DNA of 64,000 bases. Origin: a candidate division FCPU426 bacterium (GTDB lineage Bacteria; Oederibacteriota; PGYV01; Palsa-1178). Both the position numbers and the translations under genes were made by a program. The notes beneath the pieces were generated by a model that was not told the origin of the DNA, did not search any database, and worked only from the letters and a program-made list of their open reading frames with translations. Numbering within the stretch: the first letter of the stretch is position 1; the number at the start of each line of letters is the position of its first letter. Below are positions 7,931 to 18,930 of the stretch, in pieces. The DNA lies in NCBI GenBank assembly GCA_963840035.1, contig CAWIXE010000002.1, positions 1,643,680-1,707,679 on the forward strand. The letters are read 5' to 3'.

Positions 7931-8419
7931 AAACTTCTTCCTCTCAAACAAATCCCTCTTCGCGTTCTTAATGCGGTCCAAAAACAGCACTCCATCCAGA
8001 TGGTCCACCTCGTGCTGCACCACTACCGCCTCGAAACCAGACGTCTCCAGAAGCCTGTCGTAGCCGTCCGTGTCCACATACTGGAAGCGGGTGCCCCAGT
8101 AGCGCTCCACATTGCCGGTATAGTCAGGGACGGACAGGCACCCTTCCCTGTTCGTGACCGACCCTTCCCTGATTAGAAGGACGGGATTAATAAGCACCAT
8201 CAGCCCCCGCGACTGCTCGGCTTTTTTATGGCCGGTGACATCCACCACAACTATGCGCGACATGTTTCCCACCTGGGGCGCGGCAATGCCCACACAGCCT
8301 TTATTTGTATACATGGCTATTTTTAAGTCTTCAATAAAATCTTTTACCCTGGAATCTATTTTGGCAACAGGCAGGCACTTCTGCCTGAGCCTCTCATCGG
8401 GAAATTTTAAGATGTTCAT
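7928..8419 (-). CDS. def: Peptide deformylase
   Basis: GIAAPQVG, EGCLSVP and QHEVDHLDG motifs. Confidence 0.95.
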   Translation of the reverse strand: MNILKFPDERLRQKCLPVAKIDSRVKDFIEDLKIAMYTNKGCVGIAAPQVGNMSRIVVVDVTGHKKAEQSRGLMVLINPVLLIREGSVTNREGCLSVPDYTGNVERYWGTRFQYVDTDGYDRLLETSGFEAVVVQHEVDHLDGVLFLDRIKNAKRDLFERKKF

Positions 8420-8961
8420 AGGATGGCTTTTATAACCTCATTAACCGAGACGTGCACACCGAGCTTTTTGGCTTCCTCAGAGAGCGTCTTCTCCAGCGCC
8501 TTTACCCCGTCCTTGCCCGGCATGCTCACTTCCAGGAACATATAATAAGCGTGAGGTTTTACCTTTTCAGAGCTTTTTGTTTCAAGGTCTATGATGTTTG
8601 CCCCTGATTTATACAATTTTTCAGTTATGGCGTTTACTATGCCGGGCTTGTCGGCGCCAGATATTGATATGGTATAGGTGCTTCCTTCGCCGGGGTATTC
8701 CTTCATCTCTTTTTCGGTTATCTTTTTGATATCAAGGGTCATGGAATACTTTTTTGAAAAAGCTTCCATTTCCTTCTGCAGTTTCTGCGGGAGCGCGCCT
8801 TTTTCGCCTGATAAAAGCATGATGACTGAAAAAGTCCTCCTGAGCATGACCATTGATGAATCCTCAATGTTGAATTTGTAGTTTTTCAGGATTTTTGTCA
8901 GGTTAAAAACTATCCCCTTCTGGTCCACGCCTCCGGCTATAAGCAGATATCTTGTTTTCAT
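8416..8961 (-). CDS. Tandem ACT-domain protein (GcvR-like)
   Basis: Two ACT repeats (GVDQKGIV...NIEDSSM; GADKPGIV...NIIDL); ATGA overlap with def. Confidence 0.85.
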   Translation of the reverse strand: MKTRYLLIAGGVDQKGIVFNLTKILKNYKFNIEDSSMVMLRRTFSVIMLLSGEKGALPQKLQKEMEAFSKKYSMTLDIKKITEKEMKEYPGEGSTYTISISGADKPGIVNAITEKLYKSGANIIDLETKSSEKVKPHAYYMFLEVSMPGKDGVKALEKTLSEEAKKLGVHVSVNEVIKAIL

Positions 8962-9046
8962 AGATGCCTCCGTTTTATTGGTATTACGCCCTTACCTACA
9001 GACATAATAATACCACGAAAGGATAATAACAAGGTTTTTTTGATGA

Positions 9047-12000
9047 TTATTGCTTATATAGGACCGAGAATTTAAGGGTCTCCATCTTTATCTCGCCCGT
9101 ATCCTTAATGGCCCTTACCACCGCGACATACACCCCTACCGAAACAGGTTTATCTGTGGCGGTTTTCAGGTTCCACTGCATGGATCCTGACTGAATGGTT
9201 CCCTCTAAGCCGCGTACCAGCTCTCCCGCTTCATTATATATATCGGCCCGTATCTTGCCTGAAGCGGCGGAAGCCCATGCTATATTTATAAACCTGCCGG
9301 CCGCCGGATTTACATAAACCGGATTCGGGAATGATTTAAAACCGCTAATCCAGTCCGCATTACCGCTGTTTAAGACTGTTATTTTCTTGGCGGCGGAAGT
9401 GTAATAGCCTGAGCCTGAATTCAGCTCCACCCTGACTTCATATACCCCGGAATCCACAAGCCTTCCTCCGTCATTTTTCCCATCCCACTGTACAACCGCG
9501 CCCGGCGCGTATTCTATGTCTATGGGCGAGCTGCCTTTACCTATGCCGGCCGTTTCTAAAAGGCCGAGGTCCCCAAGCGTGTGCGGCACATAATCCGCGG
9601 TTATCCTGCGCACAGCCTCGCCCGCGCTGTTATAAATGCTTACCCTTAGTTTCTTATCAATCCTTACCACCTGCACATCTTTTATCGTGGTCTGAACGTG
9701 GTCATACGTGTCGATAAACGATACTTTTATATAATATAAGCCAGGCGTTATATTTTGGCCGCCGTCATTATCCCCGTTCCATGTGAATTCCGCGGTCATA
9801 TCCCCGCCTTCCTGTCCCGGTGTCTGAATTCCCGGCAGGATCAGTTTTAATTCATCCTGGGACGCGTTAAAAACGGATTCTTCCAGATCATTGATGAGCA
9901 TCAGGACATTCACGGGATTGTCCGTAACCGGGGCTTCGACTATGAGCTTAACCAATTCACCCGCTGAATTAAAAGCCTCGATTTTCATTATATACGGATA
10001 TGGAACCGGGGTCGGGGACGCAGTCGGTGACAGCGTATTTGTGGGCGAAGCAGTCTGGGTATAAGTCCGGGTGGCAGTAGGTGTCGCCGTCATAGTGCAT
10101 GTCCGGGTGGGTGTGGATGTCCTGGTATAAGTCATGGTAAAAGTCGGCGTCGCGGTATTTGTAGCGCTGTATGTCGGCGTGTGCGTAAAAGAAGGAGTTG
10201 GCGTGGCCGTATAAGTAGGTGAAGTGGTATAAGTCACGGTTATAGTACCCGTGTATGTGGGCGTGGCCGTTGATGATGGCGTCATGGTGGATGTTGCTGT
10301 ATAAGTCGGCGTGTTTGTCATGCTTGATGTAGGCGTGGCCGTTTCCGTCGCGGTAAAAGTAAATGTGGGTGTGTTCACCGGAGTGTCTGTAAATGTCGGC
10401 GTGCAGGTGGGAGTATTTGTCATGGTCTGTGTATTTGTTTTTGTCAATGTGAAGGTATACGTGGCAGTTTCCGTGTAAGTGTAAGACTGTGTGGGTGTAT
10501 AAGTCATGGTCTTTGTCTGGGTATATGTAGGCGTTTCCGTATAAGTGAAAGACTGCGTCGGGGTATATGTCATGGTCTTTGTCTGCGTATAAGTGGGAGT
10601 TTCCGTGTAAGTAAATGACTGCGTCGGCGTAAACGTCATGGTCTTTGTCTCGCTGTATGTGGGTGTGGCCGTATTAGTGCTTGAAGGCGTCGGCGTGAAT
10701 GTTATAGATTCCGTCACGGTAAACGTCGGCGTCGGAGAAGAAGTCAGCGAAGGCGTCGGGGTAAAAGTTACCGATTGCGTGGCTGTAAAAGTGGATGTGC
10801 TTGTATATGTCACCGTATGCGTGGGCGTATTTGTATTTGTGTATGTTCCCGTAAAAGTCGGGGTCGGCGTGTATGTCAATGTCGCTGTCGGAGTTGCCGT
10901 AGCCGTGTTCAGTGTAGTAATGGTATAAGTCAGGGTAAGCGTTGCCGTAGATGTCATGGTATAAGAAGGCGTCGCCGTGTAAGTAAATGTCTGCGTGGGC
11001 GTAAATGTAAACGTCGGCGTGCTTGTATTTGAGGAAGTCGCGGTAAATGAAGGCGTCATGGTCGGAGTATGCGTGGGTGAAGTCGTATATGTATAAGTGG
11101 ATGTGGGCGTGGCTGTATACGATTGTGTCGGGGTCGCCGTCATAGTCGGCGTATAAGTCTGTGATTGCGTTGCCGTATAGGTGGAAGTATTTGTCGGGGT
11201 GGGCGTGCGCGTATAGGTAAATGTCGGCGTGGGAGTTGCAGTATAAGAGAAAGAAGGCGTCGGCGTCGCTGTATAAGTGAAAGTAGGAGTGTGCGTCTGC
11301 GTGGCCGTATAAGAAAATGACGGCGTAGGTGTGGCTGTATAGGTGGAAGTAGGCGTACGGGTCGGCGTGGCCGTATAAGAGAACGACGGCGTAGGCGTTG
11401 CCGTAAATGTCAAAGACGGCGTGTACGTCGGCGTGGCCGTATACGAGAACGACGGTGTGGGAGTTGCCGTATATGTTAAAGTCGGCGTGTACGTCGGCGT
11501 GGCAGTATAAGAGAACGACGGCGTGGGCGTTGCCGTAAATGTCGAAGTCGGCGTACGGGTCGGCGTGGCTGTATACGAGAACGACGGCGTGGGAGTTGCC
11601 GTAAATGTCAAAGTCGGCGTGTGCGTCGGCGTGGCCGTATACGTTAACGACGGAGTAGGCGTAGCCGTCTTTGTCGCCGTAAAAGTGGACGTCTCTGACG
11701 GTGTAATGGTACGGGTGTACGTAGACGTAAATGTTATTGTCGGTGTTGATGTCCGCGTCGCCGTATAAGTCGCGGTCGGACTTTGCGTAATTGTATAAGT
11801 AGCAGTATATGTCATGGACGGCGTTGATGTCCTTGTAAAAGTCTGGGTATTTGTCCTTGTCGCGGTCCTGGTTGCAGTCGGCGTCGGCGAAGCGCATATG
11901 TTCGTCATCGGCACAATCGATTTGATTGCAGGCGTTGTCTGGTAATTCAGTATCCCGTCATTATGCCAAGTACAGCTGCCCACTGTGCCAAGGGTAAGGG

Positions 12001-13878
12001 TTAAGGGCAGGTCCACACAAGTGTCAAATCCCGGCGAAGTGAAATGTATAACGTATATAAATTTTTTATTTGCCATATCATTGGTCAGTGAAACGCCTGA
12101 TATGCCCGGGGACGAGCCTATATAGTAAGGACCGTCGAAAGTCCAGGTGTCAAGCGAGGAAGAATAATCATCAGTTATTGTAAGGTCGCCGGAAGATACA
12201 TACCCTCCCGTGTTGCATACATGAAGATTAAACGTGAGCTTATCCCCCGAGACCAGGTTTGTTGTTTTATTCGCGGTTTTTAATATTGTAAAAACAGGCG
12301 GCATGGGCGTTGGCGTGCACAGGTCTGTCATGGGCACGGTTGATACTATTACCGGTGATGCGTAATAACTCAGCGTTGCGTCATTATGCCACGAACAATT
12401 CCCCACGGTCCTTGACGTAATATGCGTATTAAGCGGCAGGTCCATGCAGCCTTTAAAACCTGGCTGTTTAAAAACAATTGTATACGTCGCTTTTCTGTTG
12501 CCCACATCCTGGTTCAGCGAAATACTATTAACGCCAGCCGGCGCGGTCCAGCTGTAGGGCCCGTCAAATGCCCAGTTGTCATTATTATTAGACCAATCAT
12601 CGACTATGGTCATAGTCCCCTGATATGCCTCCCCCCCGGTATTGCAAACACGCAGATTATAAGTTAATTTATCATCCTGCAATATGTCCGTGGTCTTATT
12701 AGCCGTTTTTAAAAGCGTAAATGCAGGGGCAGGCGGACAGTAGTTTGTCACCTGCACTGACGCTACAGGAGTCGGAAAAGCAAGGTACTGCAGCCCGGCA
12801 ACATTATGCCAGGTGGAACAAAACGTAGGCGACTCGCCCCAGTCAAGGCCCAGGGGAAGAGTAAGGTTATAACATAAAGGGCCCATCGGAAACCCGTCGA
12901 CAAAAGTTACATCAACGCCCTTCGTAGTCTGTGTAAACGTAATTTTTCCAAGTACCGGGTCTGTGTAATCCCCACCCCTGAAATGCCATTCATCCGGCGA
13001 GTCGGTCCACACATCATGGATCACCACCGGCGTCCCTGCCGAACCTCCCGCACCGGCGGCATTGCACACGCGCACGACAAATGTAACGGAATATGGCGTC
13101 GACTGCCCGAGCGGGGTCGTGGGCGTTACGAATTTCTGGATGGTAAAGGTCGGAGGCGGAAGAGTCGGCTGCGGTGTCATGTTAAAAGGCTGCCTGAAAT
13201 AAAGCGTGTGGCATGTGGTTGTAGGATAAGCAGCTGCCCAGCTGAGCGCGCGAAGAACGGTCCTTGTGCGCGGATCCTGTATCCTTTTCCCCCATTTCTG
13301 CGTAGTCATATCAACGGGGTCCACCCAGGATAGGCCGGAGCCTGCCTGATTATATGCCTTTTCATACCAATTAAGGCCGCCTGTAGGAGGCGGAGTAAGC
13401 GCCGGATTCGCGCATGTCGGGTCGTCATACATCTTTACCCCCGCGTCATCGCTGCCGACATAAACATGCGCGCCTGCGGGGGTCGAGCAGGTAATATCAA
13501 GCGACCATGACGCCCACACCTCGTCATTTGCCGTATTCTGATTTTTAACCGCGATGTAATTGTTTGTATCTGTCAATAAAGCCATCGTAGCGGCGTCAAG
13601 GTTTACGCACAAAGGCAGGCAGCGGCGCCGCCGGGTTCTATATTACAGTATGGAAAATAACCATCACCGACCCCGGTGGGTATCTGCACGCCATTTATCC
13701 AGATATACGCAAAGTCATCTACCGCGGCGCATAGCCTGGCCGCAGTTGGAGCGCATGCTGAAGCGGCGGACAGGTTTAACGTGAAGACCGGTACGAGGAG
13801 GACAAGCACTGAAATAAAAACAAAAAACTTTAGCGAACTATGGGTCATAGAATCGCAGCCCGCTTTGCTTTGATTCAT
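9047..13878 (-). CDS. Large secreted Thr-X stalk surface protein A (jelly-roll + DUF11-like repeats + stalk + FlgD-Ig/T9SS-CTD-like C-terminus); one frameshift near 13623
   Basis: ORFs 13603..13878 (signal peptide) and 9047..13612 join by one base to give ...AGCLPLCVNLD, matching paralog AGCQPLCIDLD; C-terminus WDGKNDGGRLVDSGVY and FPNPV. Confidence 0.85.
10010..11890 (-). repeat. Coding low-complexity Thr-X stalk with 22-aa (66-bp) tandem repeats
   Basis: TATPTPSFSYTATPTxTPTxTx and TPTQSFTYTETPTYTQTKTMTY units. Confidence 0.9.
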
Positions 13879-13923
13879 TCTTTCCCCGATTTTGGAGTTT
13901 TTAAGGCGCTTTGCTCCTTTAAA

Positions 13924-14014
13924 ATTATAGAATATAAGGCGATTATGTCAACGATAAAAGGCTGGTTAAAACGATATAATTTAAACCGGTTTTATAAGGT
14001 GATTAATCGGTTAA
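13924..14014 (-). promoter_or_regulatory. Promoter of protein A with upstream palindromic operators
   Basis: TTGACA-N16-TATAAT (13951-13924); AAACCGGTTT at 13983-13992; TTAATCGGTTAA at 14003-14014. Confidence 0.7.
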
Positions 14015-14102
14015 TACGGTTTTTATTATGGGGTAAAGCCTTAAAAACCGGGAATCGGGAATGGATTTCTTGCAGGAATGCAATATCACCTACAGCGGCC
14101 TT

Positions 14103-17100
14103 TTAGAACTTCCTGATCACCGACACTTTTGTTGTAACAATTTCAGTCTCTCCCGAATCCTTTTGGGCATGTATTATTATAATGTATAAACCGCTTGAGA
14201 CTTTTTCACTGCTGCTGTTTGCCAGATCCCACAAAGCCATACCCGGCGTTAAAGGCGCTTCAATCCTCGCTACAAGCTCAGCCGTCTGGTTATATATATC
14301 TATGCGCGCCTTTCCTGCCCCGTTCGGCACCCACGTAATTTTTATGGGTTTAACCAGGCCGTTTACGACATATACGGGGTTTGGATATGCCTTCACCCCG
14401 GTTATGATGTCCTTCGCATCCAGCCTTAGCACTGTTATGGTCTTTGCCGATGTTGTCTCAAAACCCGTCCCGCTGTTTAGCTCCACCCTGACCTCGTATA
14501 TTCCGCTGTCAACGAGCCTGCCCTGCGAATTCTTCCCGTCCCAGTCCATTGACACTCCGGCGGCATATTCAATGCTTATCAATCCCGCGCCTTTTCCCAC
14601 TGCAACCGTATCCATCATGCCGAGTTCCTGCAGTTTATCGGGAACAGTCGGCGCGTTCATCCTCCTGATTACTTCCCCCGCGCTGTTATATATGCTGATC
14701 CTGAGGTATTTATCCTTATACAGCACCTGTATTTCCTTTATTACCGAAACCTCATGGTCATATTCATCCACGTATGAATATTTTATGTAATATGTGCCGG
14801 CTTTGATAACCTGGTTGTAATTATTTGTACCGTCCCAGTTAAACTCCGATGTCAGGTCCCCGCCTTCCTGTCCAGGCGACTGTATTCCCGGGAATTTTAT
14901 GTTAAGAAGCCCGGCTGTCGGGTCAAAAGTGCCTGTTGCCTGCCCGTTTTCAGTCATGACTACCCCGTTGTCCTTGAACTGTTCGGATATTAGAGACTTG
15001 GCAATGAGCTTAACTATTTCTCCAGCGGAATTATACGCCTCAATTTTCAGTATGTACGGATATGGCACCGGAGTCGGTGTAGCGGTTGACGTGAAAGTTA
15101 TTGTGGGAGTGGCTGTGAACGTGGACGTGGCCGTATATGTAGGCGTGGCTGTCTGAGTGGAGGTCTTTGTGGGAGTGGATGTGAACGTGGATGTTGCCGT
15201 GAACGTCGGCGTGGAAGTCCTCGTCACTGTATATGTATATGTGGCCGTGTTTGTATAGGTGGGTGTCGCCGTATATGTCGGTGATGTGGTGAACGTATGT
15301 GTGAACGTCGGCGTGGCGCTGGGAGTGGCTGTGGATGTAGCGGTATATGTCCCGGTAAACGAAGGCGTGGGAGTGTTTGTTCTTGTCGGCGTATCCGTAT
15401 AAGTATCAGTGGAAGTGCGTGTCGGCGTTGCGGTCATGGTCGCCGTTTTTGTCTGTGTCTGAGTGTAAGTTCCTGTGGCAGTGCGCGTCTCCGTCACGGT
15501 TTCGGTAAAAGTACCCGTAGGAGACGCCGTCCTGGTGTCGGTCGGGGTCGCTGTGGAAGTCGGGGTATCCGGGGCAGTATCCGTCACAGTGGGTGTCGCA
15601 GTTTTAGTGTCGGTAAAAGTGGGTGTTGCAGTGAACGTCGGCGTCGGAGTATGGGTTTCAGTGGCCGTCCTGGTGTAAGTATAAGTGGCTGTTGCCGTAA
15701 ATGTAGGAGTATGGGTGTATGTAAAACTTTCAGTAGCGGTAAATGTCTGTGACATTGTGGGCGTATATGACGGTGTTTCAGTAAATGTCTCCGTCGCCGT
15801 TCTTGTCGCCGTATATGTGGGCGTATATGTCATGGACTGTGTTTCCGTATAAGTATCGGTCGCTGTCCTGGTCGCCGTGTAAGTGGGCGTATATGTCACA
15901 GACTGTGTTTCCGTGTAAGTATCAGTCGCCGTACTTGTCGCTGTATATGTGGGCGTATATGTCATGGACTGTGTTTCCGTGTAAGTATCGGTCGCCGTCC
16001 TGGTCGCCGTGTAAGTGGGCGTATATGTCACAGACTGTGTTTCCGTGTACGTATCAGTCGCAGTCCTTGTCGCCGTGTATGTGGGCGTATATGTCACAGA
16101 CTGTGTTTCCGTGTACGTATCAGTCGCCGTCCTTGTCGCCGTGTATGTGGGCGTATATGTAACAGACTGTGTTTCCGTGTAAGTATCGGTCGCTGTCCTG
16201 GTCGCCGTATATGTGGGCGTGTATGTCGTGGATGGTGTTTCCGTATTTGTGTCGGTCGCTGTCCTGGTGGCCGTATATGTGGGCGTGTATGTCATGGACT
16301 GTGTTTCCGTGTAAGTATCGGTCGCCGTCCTTGTCGCCGTGTATGTGGGCGTGTATGTCATGGACTGTGTTTCCGTAAACGTCGCGGTTGATGTCGCGGT
16401 ATATGTGTATGTCGGTGTAAAAGTCATGGTCTGAGTTCCCGTATAAGTCGGAGTTGACGTATAAGTGTCCGTCGAAGTCGGTGTCGCGGTTACTGTCACT
16501 GTATAAGTGGAAGTGGCTGTGGACGTGTATGTAAAGCTTGGCGTAGGCGTAGCCGTAAATGTGGATGTGGCTGTGTTCGTCGATGTTGGCGTATAAGTCG
16601 ATGTCGGTGATGACGTCACAGTATAAGTCGGCGACGGCGTGGATGTATATGTCGATGTCGGCGTATTGCTTGCGGTGTTGGTCCCCGTAAAGGTGGGTGT
16701 CGCGGTAAATGTCTGTGTGTCCGTAAAAGTTGGCGTGGCCACCGTGTTAGTACTTGTCGGTGTGGACGTGGGCGTCGCCGTCATGGTAAATGTAAATGTC
16801 GGCGTCGAGGTGGCTGTATATGTTGGTGAAGGAGTATACGTGGAAGTGGGCGTCGGCGTATAAGTGGCAGTATAAGTGCTTGTTGGGGTCTGCGTATATG
16901 TAAAAGTCGGCGTCATGGTATACGTCGAGGTGTAGGTCGGCGTCGCGGTAACCGTTGATGTCGGGGTGTATGTCACCGTGGGAGTCGGCGTGGAAGTGCT
17001 TGTATATGTGCTTGTCGGCGTCTGCGTGGATGTAAAAGTCGGCGTCATGGTATACGTCGATGTGTAGGTCGGCGTCGCGGTAACAGTTGATGTCGGGGTG

Positions 17101-18912
17101 TATGTCACCGTGGGAGTCGGCGTGGAAGTGCTTGTATATGTGCTTGTCGGCGTCTGCGTGGATGTGAAAGTCGGCGTCATGGTATACGTCGATGTGTAGG
17201 TCGGTGTCGCGGTAAAAGTTGATGTCGGGGTGTATGTCACCGTGGGAGTCGGCGTGGAAGTGCTTGTATATGTGCTTGTCGGCGTCTGCGTGGATGTGAA
17301 CGTCGGCGTCATGGTATATGTCGATGTGTAGGTCTGCGTCGCGGTAACCGTTGATGTCGGCGTGTATGTCACCGTGGGCGTCGGCGTAGAGGTGCTTGTA
17401 TAAGTGCTCGTCGGAGACTGCGTGGATGTGAACGTCGGCGTCATGGTATATGTCGATGTGTAAGTGTTGGTTGCTGTGGATGTCGGCGTGTATGTCACGG
17501 AAGGAGTCTGCGTGAACGTGACCGAATACGTGGGTGTCATGGTCCTGGTGAATGTGGATGTGGGTGTCACGGTCGCGGTCGGTGACAGTGTCGGTGTAAG
17601 CGTCGGTGTTGCGGTTATCATGATGAACGCAACGTCATTTGAGGCGCCAAAATTATACCAGGCCATATTATGGACCCCGGTCGGCGTTGCCGACGGCGAA
17701 GGCGTTATTGTTGACGTCGGTGTAAATGTCTTTGTGGCGCATCCGCTTGAACCGCACGGTTCCTCGCCGGTATTCGGGTCCGTTGTGACGACGCTAGTGT
17801 ATTCGCAGAGCAGAGTATTGCGCCAGTAAAGGGTCGCGTATTTTACGCTGGAGAAACTCCCTGTCCAGTCGCACGGCCTGGAGTACCAGTTTGAAGTGGC
17901 CGGGTTCCAAGCGGGCGTAGTTGTCAGCTCCCACGCCTGGTTTTTCTGCAGGTAGCCCCCGTTCGGCCCTATCATAAGGTAAGGCCACGAACCGCTGTTC
18001 GTCCATCCAAACTGAAAATATTTGTTGGCAACCCTCGTGCCTGCTTCGCACGATGCAGCAGCCGCGTTATTAAATGTAGCGCTCTGGTTTGTCGTATTTA
18101 TATTGCCGTTGGGTATGGAACTGCCGTAGGAGTCCTTGCCCGAGTCGTCAAAATTCGACCAGTTCCATGTGTTTGAATCATTTACATAGAAACGAAAATT
18201 AACATCTGACGCGAAAACCCCTGATTCGGACCAGTTTGTTACCTTATACCTCATATTCCATTTATTTCCCGTGCCTCCCGTGCTGGAACACGCTCCGGAA
18301 TTGAGGAGCTCAAGGTTTAACTTATAAGGAGTTGCCGCGCCAACCACGGAAAACTGCGCGGATACGCCGGTGGTGTCTATGTTTGAAGTTGAGTTCGATG
18401 AGCACTGGTATCTCGGCCCGTTCCCCGAGTCTCCGGCATAAGCCGGTATCAGGATGTAATAATTGCCACTTTTTTCCGGCGGTATCTGTGTGATTATCCT
18501 TACGTTGTGCCACGCCCCGTCGCCGTTTACCCCGGGATCAAGGCTGTCGCCTGTATTGGGTCCGTCTACATCAGTGATTGAAGCGCCCGTCGCCGCTTTT
18601 GCCACACCGTCATACCACCATGTTGTCTGGTTCTTGTATATTCCCCTGGTTTTTGACGCGAGAAAGTCCTGGCTGCACAATGCCAGGCTGCTCCTGTCGG
18701 ATAACGCAACAACAAACCTCGGACGCTTTCCGGCGTCGACCATGATCTGAAAGTCAATTGTTATTACCTGACCGGGCGCCGGCGAAGCCGGTGTTATTAC
18801 GATATTCTGTATCTGCGCGGCGCCGAAAACCGAGCCCGGAATTAAAAACGCAGACATGAAAACAAACAAGCCTATCCCCGCTTTAAGGGAGAAGCTGCCT
18901 GAATTTTTTCAT
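14103..18912 (-). CDS. Large secreted Thr-X stalk surface protein B (CBM3-like domain + stalk + FlgD-Ig/T9SS-CTD-like C-terminus)
   Basis: 1588-aa ORF; probable true ATG at 18912 is out of frame by one base in an A6 run; MRYKVTNW...DVNFRFYVND resembles CBM3; C-terminal ~310 aa homologous to protein A. Confidence 0.85.
15070..17620 (-). repeat. Coding Thr-X stalk with 66-bp (22 aa) and 132-bp (44 aa) near-identical tandem repeats
   Basis: TETQS(M/V)TYTPTYTATRTATDTY about 9 copies (~15790-16380); 132-bp unit about 4 copies (~16900-17460). Confidence 0.92.
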
Positions 18913-18930
18913 GTCCGCGCCTCTTTTCTC

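Noticed and set aside
10638..17829. Val/Gly-rich antisense and alternate-frame ORFs, and apparent DNA repeat arrays
   Set aside because: By-products of Thr-X codon repeats in genes A and B; not independent genes, CRISPR or DGR repeats (no reverse transcriptase present)
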